A DNA stretch of 64,000 nucleotides from assembly GCF_009914755.1 (NCBI RefSeq), contig NC_060925.1. One strand, given 5' to 3'. The DNA is from the human T2T-CHM13v2.0 reference genome, Homo sapiens. Below, piece after piece: positions 52,312-64,000 of this stretch. Positions within the stretch are counted from its first letter, which is position 1; each line of letters opens with the position of its first letter. The position numbers were made by a program, and so were the translations under genes. Under the pieces are notes generated by a model. It worked only from the letters and a program-made list of their open reading frames with translations. It was not told the DNA's origin and ran no database searches.

Positions 52312-53311
52312 CATAACCAGATGTTTTTGCAACCAAGATGGTGAATTCTTCCTGAGCACGTGCCAGTCAGACTCCAGGAGAGCAGGGATCCCATGCACTT
52401 ATGTACTTCCATCCATCTCACAGCCTCCATCGCTTTCAGAAGGTTGAGCTGCCCCCAGGTACCAAAGCAAGGACTGGAATATAGCTGAGAGATAGAAATG
52501 TTTTGCAAAATGTTGCTTACAGATTCAGAACTTAAACTGATTTCGATCTCTTGGGAAAGAAATATGAATTCTAATCTGATTTCAATCTCTCTGGAACAAA
52601 AAACCTTTTGTATCTATCTTTCTTCAATGATGGGAAAAAGTAAAATACCTTCCAAGCCTCCACTAATCCTTCTACTGATGTCTTCTATATTCGTGATTCA
52701 GATGTGCCTTGTAGACAAGCACAGATCTTCACTGCTCACTTCTGCCATAAATGCTTCACAAATTAAAAAAAAAAAAATGGTAAGCCTCCGTTAGACAGAA
52801 AGAAAATGATTCTTTTCACTGTGTTTAAGAGGACTGATTAGGGCATTTCTTCAGTAGTACCAATGTCTACCATATGCTTCTTCCTAAACTTATATAAAAA
52901 TAAATTTCTGACAAAAATATGTAAAATCTAAACATGTCTAACTAATTCTCACTGCATTTCTATGCTTTTCATGGAAAGAGAAAATAACGATGAAACTTAA
53001 GAGTATTGAAATATTTATTTTTCAAAAGTAATCTACTTTATTAATATTATTTGCTTCTTTTTTCATGGTTGTAGGTTCATTGCATTGCTTTTTTCTTACA
53101 GACATTTTGATAATTGTTGATTTTCATAAGTTTGATAGAAGAATGCCATTAATACTTCTCATTTATTTTTCATTATCTGTTCACATTAAAATAAATTCTC
53201 TCTTGTAATTTTCTTATGTATACAAATAATTGGAATATTTATGTAAGATTTTGTGTTTTTTTTTAGTTTTAGAGTATGAGGTTATTATAAGGGAACTGTT
53301 GTAGATTAAAC

Positions 53312-53588
53312 TTTTTTAATTATACTTTAAGTTCTGGGATACATATGCAGAACGTGCAGGTTTGTTACCTAAGTATACATGTGGCATGGTGGTTTTCTGC
53401 ACCCATCCACCCATTATCTAGGTTTTAAGCCCCACATGCATTAGGTATTTGTCCCAATGCTCTCCCTCCCCTTGCCCCCCACCCTCCGACAGGCCCCAGT
53501 GTGTGATGTTCCCCGTGTCCATGTGTTCTTATTGTTCAACTCCCCCTTATGAGTGAGAACATGCGGTGTTTGGTTTTCTGTTCCTGTG
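53312..53588 (-). mobile_element. L1PA (L1PA8-like) 3' end, 5'-truncated
   Basis: TTATACTTTAAGTTCTGGGATACATATGCAGAACGTGCAGG..TAGGTTTTAAGCCCCACATGC. TSD AGATTAAA at 53303-53310 and 53589-53596. Confidence 0.92.
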
Positions 53589-53740
53589 AGATTAAATATT
53601 TCATGATGAAAGGAGCAAAGTGCTGTGTCTACATGTGAAAAATCAAGTTTAATTCAATCTAGATGGATGAAATACCTGGAATATCCAAGTAATTCTAGTA
53701 AAATTCGTTGTTTGATTATTTTATTCCTCCCACTACCGTA

Positions 53741-53742
<2 letters not shown>

Positions 53743-53782
<40 letters not shown>
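53743..53782. repeat. (GT)20 microsatellite
   Basis: Perfect dinucleotide repeat. Confidence 0.98.
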
Positions 53783-53785
<3 letters not shown>

Positions 53786-54010
53786 GTTGCTCAGAAAATA
53801 TAGATAAATACTTCCATTCTCCATCACAATTTATTGTTTTGGGTGATGCATATCAATGAGGTTATGATTATTCACACACAATTTTCAGAATATACAATTT
53901 TATATCCTATGTGCTGTGTTTGTTCTCTGCAGCTGGGAAACTGACCTGGTGAGAAGAAAAATAGGTAGCCCTTAAAATCTATTTTAGAACAAAAGTTATT
54001 TTAAGATAGA

Positions 54011-54385
54011 TGTTACGGACTGAATGTTTGTGTACCCTTAACATTCTTATATTAAAATCTTGCCTCCCTACTGTGGTAGTATCAGGAAGTGAGGCCTTTG
54101 GGAGGTAATTAGGATTGGAAGAGTTCATGAGCGTGGGGTCCTCACGATTGGGATTAGTGCCTCTAGAGTCATGAGAGAGCTTGCTTCCCCTCTCTGCTCT
54201 CCACCATGTGAGGATACAATAAGAGTCACAGTCTATACACAGAAGAGGGCTCTCACCAGGACTCAACCATGTAGGCACCGTCATCTCAGACTTCCAGCCT
54301 CCAGAACTGTGGAAAATGAGTTTCTGTTGTTTCTAAGTCACCCAGTTTATGGTATTTTATTATAGCAACCCAAATTGACTAAGAA
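54011..54385 (+). mobile_element. MLT1A-type MaLR solo LTR
   Basis: TGTTACGGACTGAATGTTTGTG..GACTTCCAGCCTCCAGAACTGTG..TTATAGCAACCCAAATTGACTAAGA. Confidence 0.9.
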
Positions 54386-54919
54386 AGTTAGACTAGTCTG
54401 GAAATGGGACCGCCTTCACCTTTCCCAAGTGAAAAGTCAAATTTCAACCCCACCCCTATTATTCACTCCATCCAGCCTTCACTGAGTACTTACATTGTGC
54501 TGGGGACTAGGGACACAAGAACTGATAAGACAGGACCCTGCTCATTGTCCTCTGCTCATTCCCCTCCAAAAAAGTCTAGGATCTGAATGCATGCCAGTCT
54601 CCACCTCATCCAGTGTATAAATCTATTCCAACCCTGTGGTTATGTCACTGTGCTGAGAGTGCATTGTGCTATGTCTTGAAGACGTCTGTCTTGTACGTTT
54701 TAAAACATGTCAAGGTTATTATAAAATAAATGCATCAAAGCAATACTTTTGCCAGCTTTCAACTTATGAATATGGATTGGCTTTAATAACTAGATTAGGA
54801 CACTACTTCAGAAGCCATTTATCTAATGTATTTTTCCAAATGTTATTTCATCAAAAAATTTCCTGGAAATGAACAAGATATATTGAGGCCAAGATGCCAC
54901 CTAAAAAATATTCCCTTTT

Positions 54920-55254
54920 GGTGGGGCATGGTCACTCACGCCTGTAATCCCAACAGTTTGGGAGGCTGAGGTGGGTGGATGGCTTTAGCCCAGAGTTTGA
55001 GACCAGCCTGGGCAACATGGTGAGGTAAGACTCCATCTCTACAAAAATAAATAAATAAATACAAAAATTAGCCAGGCATGGTGGTGCTTGCCTGTAGTCC
55101 CAGATACTCAGGAGGCTAAGGTGAAAGGATCATTTGACCTGGGAAGTGGAGGTTTACAGTGAGCTGAGATCATGCCACTGCACTCCAGTCAGGGCTATAG
55201 AGCAAGATTCTGTCAAAAACAAAGAAGGAAGGAAGGAAGGAAGAAAGGAAGGAA
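54920..55254 (+). mobile_element. AluJ with tail decayed into (GGAA)n
   Basis: GGATGGCTTTAGCCCAG and CCTGGGCAACA J-type diagnostics; highly diverged. Confidence 0.9.
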
Positions 55255-56569
55255 AGTATTCTATTTCAGGAAAATAGCAAACTAAATTTCACTAATTTTT
55301 GTTATTTTTGCTCTTTATTTTCTAGTATTTTTTGGAATGTAACTGGATAAGTTAAATGAAATGAGTAATGTAATTTGATGGAAGTATGTAGTTATTTTCA
55401 GATGAATAAAGGAATTAGGACTTGGGTCTTGGTTTCCAAAAAGAGAAAATTAAAGGGTAAAACTACATAAATCATTAGCTCCGGAAGTAAAGGAATTTAT
55501 TTTTCAAAGTTGAAAGAGAGGATTAAAGAAGAGGAAATTAAATTGAAGGATAAAGAAAGAAAATTTAAACCTATAGAACTCCTACCAAGTGCTGGCCTGA
55601 AGCTAAATTCCAAGTTCTATGCTGTATTTCATTAACCCTCACAACAACCTAATGAGGTAGGGATAATAATTCGCATTTACAAGGAGTAAACAACCAGTCA
55701 GTGGCCAAGCCAGGGTTCAAAGGTAGATTTCCTGAAGGAAACCATTTGGAATCAGCGATCTAGAGACTAAGAAGGGGGAAGAAGCCTTTTGCACTGGAAT
55801 GAGTAAGGAATGGGAAAGGAGATAAAGAGACTAGCACAGGCAGTGCTGAACATGACCAGTTGAGAGCAAGGAAAGGAGAGATTTCAAAGCAGTTAAGAGG
55901 AAGTCCTGCTAGAAGTAGACAGAGCAAAATCCAATACTGGGTCCTGGATGGCGAGGAAGGTATCCTTCTAACCAAATGAATGAAAACGTAGCAAATGCAG
56001 ACAAGTTCAAGGAAGGAGGGGAAGACTGGGAGGAAGACATTTAGAGACTCTGAAATAGTCTCTAATTGCTTTGCAAAGTAAGGGATGAGATCACCATGTG
56101 AGTGAGGGAGGATGTTAATGGGACTTCAAGAATAAAGAAAAAGATTTGACAAAACTGAGAGGCCTAACTACAGACAGCTTGGTTAAGGATTGCATGTACA
56201 CATAGGAATGAGTTTCAGTGTGCAAGTCTGACAGGGTAGGTTCACCTGAGTTACGAATGGGGAATGTGTCAGTGGGGAGGCAGAACTGGTGATGTGGAGA
56301 GAGGAGAAAAGGGTCAAGAACGTGTGTTCATGCGCGCACGTGTGTGTGTGCGTGTGCATGTGCGTGTGCCTGTGCATGTAGAAGAAGATCATAAGTGAGT
56401 GTGGGTGGGTGAAAAAAGTGTTTAAGTGGATCAGTCTAAGGAGGGACCAGGAAGGGGAATGGGGAATAGGAGCAGGAAAGGCAGAAAAGTAAGCTTGAGA
56501 ACTCCCAAACCGTTTTGTTTGTAATTTGTTAGTACAGTATAATAATACTAAATAATAGATTTGTAATTC

Positions 56570-57950
<1,381 letters not shown>

Positions 57951-58479
57951 CAAAAATTAAAAGGGGAATGAAAAGCCAAGTATATAGAAGAAAATTTGGT
58001 GTTGGTCTAAAACATAACACATTTAGTTTAAATATATAAATCTTGTGACCTTCACTCTGAACTACATACAGAATTGGCTGGGCCTTGCAAAGTCGCAGTC
58101 CTTTGAAAGAATGGTTGAATATTTGAAAAATGGGAAAAAAAATAAAGTTAGTGTTTCATTTTTAATAGGTAAGAAGTACTTTATTATAATGAATCTGTCA
58201 GTTTAACCTCTGTACATAAAGAACACAAGATTACCAAAACAATGCAGTTATCTCTAGAATATGTTCTGTGAAACACCAGACGTTAAAGGTTCTGTAATCA
58301 AATGTGTTCAGGAATGCAAGATACTATACCCCCTCTTAGAAATTCGTAAGTAAGCACCTAATATGGCTGCTAGATTATTTTTTCCATCTTGAAAATTCAA
58401 ATATTAATGAAAACTTAAGTATTCTCTATGAGAGATGTAGAGAATCTATAAATGAAATCTCTTGCAAGGTCTAAGAAAA

Positions 58480-59050
58480 TCCTGCCTCAAATGACATCTC
58501 TGACAATGTTCATCTCATTCTTTGGCTCTTTTCCCTCTGCTCACACCTCAAATGTTAGTGTTCCTTAGGCTCATTCCTGTTCCTCTTCTCTTCTCAATCT
58601 CTTTGCCTCCTCTGCAATCTATAATCTGATCATTTCAAGATCTCTCTATTCAGACCTCACTTTTCCAGACTCATACTCTAAATTCATATTGGAATTTCTC
58701 AAGCTATGATCCCACAGACATTTCAGATTTAACACATCCAAACCAGACTCTGTTACTTCACATCCTAAAATAACTTGGTCTCTGGATTCTCCATTTTCAT
58801 CATGGTGTCACCATCCCGTCTTGTTTTCAAATTAGAAATCACTTTAATTGGACTCTTGCATCTTCTTGCATTTATTTTGCCATTTTTCAGGAGTGTTCCT
58901 TGGCTTGAGGATTAGAGATCTTTATTTTCTCTAATCCTTTGTCACATCTTAGTTTCCAGCTTTATTTTGTCTTAATTGGGTCATTCTGTCACCAATATTT
59001 CCCATATGCAGTTCATAATTCACATAGTATTAACATAAGCATCTAATCAT
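58480..59050 (+). mobile_element. L2 fragment
   Basis: TTCCTTAGGCTC..CCTCTTCTCTTCTC, CACAGACATTTCAGATTTAACACATCCAAACCAGACTC. Confidence 0.65.
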
Positions 59051-59436
59051 GTTATTTCTTGTTAACATGAAATAACATGTTCTGTTATTTTTCCTGTATG
59101 GAGAGCCTCCAGAGACTCTATACAGGTGATAGACAGCCTGTTAAGGTGATAGACAGTACAACGTGTTAGGTTATACATGGAGGGACAACAGATTTTTGGT
59201 AGTTTAGAAAAGGAAGTGACCATCAGATGTTGATAGAAGATGATATTTCTGAGTATTAACGTATGAGTAGGAGTTTGCTTGTTGGATGAAGAGGGACAGA
59301 GACAGCTACGGAGTCTTGACAATTTCTCTTTGTCTCTGCTTCTGAACTAGTGGTGAATTGACTACAGAAAGTCTTGATTATCATAAGGGCCAGTACTGTC
59401 ATAACCCTAAACTTTGTGTACAATAGAAAAAGATGA

Positions 59437-60782
<1,346 letters not shown>

Positions 60783-60797
60783 GGAGGTCCTTCTAGG

Positions 60798-61714
60798 TGA
60801 GGTATTACTAAAAGGCAACTGAAAGAAAAAAATGTTTCTCTATACTTAACAACAATTCTGGACACCAAATGTGTGGGTTTTTTTTTTTTTTTTTCATGCC
60901 GACCGATTCTCCAACACCAGCTGGGTCTCCTACAACCCACCACAGTTCTGACACTAGCTACCCAGAGTTAGCATAGACCACACAGGTAAAGGCCTCAGTC
61001 CCATAAGACTGCCCTACACTTCAAATGCCAGTTGCAGACCTGGGCCTCTCATAATTTCTGACCAACCAACAATAAATCAGGGGTGCTTACTACTTCCTCC
61101 TTGGGTTGGATAATTTGCTAGAATGGCTCACAGCACTTAGGAAAGCAGTTTATTCACCATTGCTGGTTTACTATAAAGGATACAACTCAGGAACAGCCAA
61201 ATGGAAGAGATCCAAGGGCAAAGGATGTGAGAACGGGAGCTGTATGCCCTCTCCGGGTCCACCACCCTTCCAAAACTTTCACATGTTCACCAACCCAGAA
61301 GTTCTTGGAACACCATTGTTTAGAGGTTTTATGGTGGTTCCATTATGTAGGTAGAATTTATTAAATTAATGGCCATTGATGGTTGAGCTCAATCTTGAGC
61401 TTCTCTCCTATCCCCTTACACTGGGGATGAGGCTGAAAGTTCCAATACTGTAATCATATAATTGGTTCCCCTGGCAACTAGCCCTATCCTGAAGCTGTCT
61501 AGGGAGCCCATCCACTAGGCATTCATATTACTCTGGAGATTCCAAGGGTCTTCGAAGTGCTTGTATCAGAAACTAGGGACTAAGGCCAAATATTGTAACA
61601 AAAGATGTTCCTATCGTCCCTATCACTCAGGAAATTACAAGAATTTTAGGACCTCTCTGCCGGGGATTTGGGACAAAGATCAAATGTTTATTTCTTAGTA
61701 CATCACAATATCAT
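60798..61714 (-). mobile_element. MER21-family LTR
   Basis: GTTCTGACACTAGCTACCCAGAGTTAGC, AAGGATACAACTCAGGAACAGCCAAATGGAAGAG, and end CACAATATCAT (MER21 start in antisense). Confidence 0.85.
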
Positions 61715-62617
61715 AGTATTTCTTCCTCTGGGTTGATGGAGACAGAACCAAAGTGCAAGTCTTATACAAACAGGATTTCAGGCCACACACACTTCCAGTC
61801 TCTACCCACCCCGTAGCCCAGTACCTGTGTGTAGGGGACACGCTACACAGCCATAATCTGCAGCTCTGATTCTGACTCAGCAGTCCTGTACATTATATGG
61901 CCCCATGATTGCCCCAACCAAATGTAGCATTTGCAGCTCTTATCTTTTGCAGCTATACTATCTTTGGCAGCCAGCCTGCTGCTAGGTGACAGTTTCTTTT
62001 AAACTACTGAGATGAGCCAATCAGTCCACACAAACGGAAGTTTTCATAGGCCTGTGACAGACTCCAACTAAAATGTGGTTTTCTACCCAAAGCTTTAGTG
62101 TCCTGCTTCATATGAAGTACAATTTCATTACAAAATAGCAAGTGCTTCCCAAGCCAATGAGGTATCTCTAAGTACATGGACCTGAGGCATGAACATGCTG
62201 ATGTGAATGTAAACAACAGTCACACATAAAATAAATTAGTCAGTGTGCAATGAATTTAGAAAATACTTCAAATAAATAGAGGAGACTAAATGGTATTTAT
62301 TCATTTAATCAACAAATATTTATTGAGCCTCTATTATATGACAAGTATTACCCTAGATACTGGGAAAACAGAGATTAACCAAATAAACAACACTCATGAA
62401 ATTTGCAGTCTAACGGGAGGAGAAAGACAACAAATTTAAAAATCTCTACTATGTTGAGTGGTGATAAATGTTGTGGATAAAAGTAAAGTTGGATGAGAAG
62501 ACTAGGGAATGCCCTGGTGAGGCATGAGGGCATTTGATACTTGATATAGGATCGTCAAGAGAGAACCCTCTCAGAAGGAGCTGTTGTCAGGGGAAGATCA
62601 AAAGCCCTGAGCTGGAA

Positions 62618-62618
<1 letters not shown>

Positions 62619-62666
<48 letters not shown>
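62619..62666. repeat. (TG)24 microsatellite
   Basis: Perfect dinucleotide repeat. Confidence 0.98.
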
Positions 62667-62669
<3 letters not shown>

Positions 62670-63580
62670 CTGGCCCACTTCTTTTTCCTTCAGTGTTTGT
62701 CTTTTTATAACCTGTTTAAAAGAGCAATTTTTATATTAAAAAATTAACCCTTTGAATTCCGTTTATGTTACCAACGTTTTCCCCTCACTTCGTCAGTGTA
62801 TTTCTCTTTTGTGATATTTTTGCACCAGTGGAATTTTTATCAGAATTGCACTCAAATATATTAATTATTTGGGAAGAATTTACATGTCTGCAGCCTTCAG
62901 TCCTCCCATTTAGTAAAACTGGTAGTCCAGTCTTAAAAGTACCACAAATTTTTATTAAGATGATTCTTTGGTTTTTAAAACTATTTTTGCTGTTATTATG
63001 AATGTAGGATTATTTTGGTCCATTGTACTTTCTAACTGTTGTTTCTGGTTATAAGAGAAAATTATTAGTTTTTGGAGCACAGTGGCTCACACCTGTAATC
63101 CCAGCACTTGAGAAAACTATTTGTTTTTAAATGTGTATGTTTTTGTCTTCAGCCATTTTCTCAAACTCCCTTATTCGAATAGTTTTTAGTTTCTTTCCAC
63201 TATTTATAAACAATTATTTCATCTAGGTATAATATTTCTGTTTCTTCTCATCATTAACATTTTATGTCTTAATTCTACTCACTAAAATTTCCAGGACCTT
63301 AATGAAAAAAAGATAACAGTATACTCACTTTTCTTGTTCTTGATTTTAATAACATATATCGCTAGTATTTTTACAATTACTTGTGATGCCAGCCTTTAGT
63401 TTAACAGAGGTGTTTTTTATTAGGTGTTAAAGAAATATCCCTTTAGTCATAGATTTAAACATTCTTATTTGGAGTGGATATTGCATTTTGTCAAATTCTT
63501 TTTGGTATCTGTCAAAGAAATGATAAGTTGTTTCTTCTTTAAATGGCTAATACCATAAATTAATTTAATATAGGGTCTAT
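62670..63580 (-). mobile_element. Old L1M ORF2 remnant
   Basis: T-rich antisense L1 motifs (TTCTTGTTCTTGATTTTAAT, GGATATTGCATTTTGTCAAAT); resumes at ~63880. Confidence 0.6.
63074..63109 (+). mobile_element. 36-nt Alu 5' fragment with 19-bp flanking direct repeats
   Basis: GGAGCACAGTGGCTCACACCTGTAATCCCAGCACTT between GAGAAAATTATTAGTTTTT and GAGAAAACTATTTGTTTTT. Confidence 0.85.
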
Positions 63581-63599
63581 TAAGATGTTTTTTAGAGAA

Positions 63600-63875
63600 C
63601 ACTTTTTCCACAGGCTGGTCCATGAAAAAAATTGGGGGTGGGGAGATTATTGTCTGATCAAATCATTTGGAGGAAATGCTACATAGTATATTTTCTTCTT
63701 AAAGATTAATTAGCTCATTAGCATATTAAAGATACTGAGAAGTCCAGTAGTGAAGAATTCCATTAACTTTGTTAAACCCTTCATTTCCAAATATTACCTG
63801 TCCCCTCTCCTTCATATAGCATTAATTAGCACCCCCCTTGACTTGGGTTCAATCTAACACACTTGAGAAGTGTTA
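63600..63875. mobile_element. hAT-Charlie non-autonomous DNA transposon (MER103-like)
   Basis: CATTAGCATATTAAAGATACTGAGAAGTCCAGTAGTGAAGAA..TAACTTTGTTAAACCC. Confidence 0.55.
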
Positions 63876-64000
63876 TATTAATAGCTTTCCTTGTATTAAA
63901 TCATCCTTGCACTCCTGGAATAGAAATGCCTTGGCCATAGAGTGTGGCTTTTTAATCTAGTGCTAAGAGTGCTAAGTTGGTTAGGTTTTAACTGAGGATT

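Noticed and set aside
51273-52600. Short degenerate local duplications (~38-bp period at 51273-51340 and ~52538-52597; also 24226-24270 and 30223-30258)
   Set aside because: Ordinary slippage duplications with no shared unit or wider periodicity.

Overview
This is AT-rich, CpG-depleted primate genomic DNA, very probably human: it carries AluY/S/J, L1PA/L1M, L2, MIR, CR1, MaLR/ERV LTRs and Mariner/Tigger/Charlie fossils. It is not microbial. I found no CRISPR array, rRNA, tRNA, CpG island or recognisable protein-coding exon. The supplied ORFs are chance frames or Alu/L1/LTR translations. A large share of the window is interspersed repeat, often nested. The repeat-poor stretch at about 18.9-32 kb contains a series of plus-strand splice acceptors, three of them followed by poly(A) signals. 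This looks like the 3' end of a spliced transcript (lncRNA, or 3' exons of a gene starting upstream) with alternative last exons; I cannot name the gene. The best sequence-level oddities are a TSD-bounded, doubly internally deleted and 3'-truncated L1 nested in an older L1, a 36-nt tail-less Alu head with 19-bp flanking repeats, and a 41-nt non-repeat motif duplicated 2.68 kb apart. I see no convincing new biological system. Repeat subfamily names come from my memory of consensus sequences, and boundaries of old repeats are approximate.
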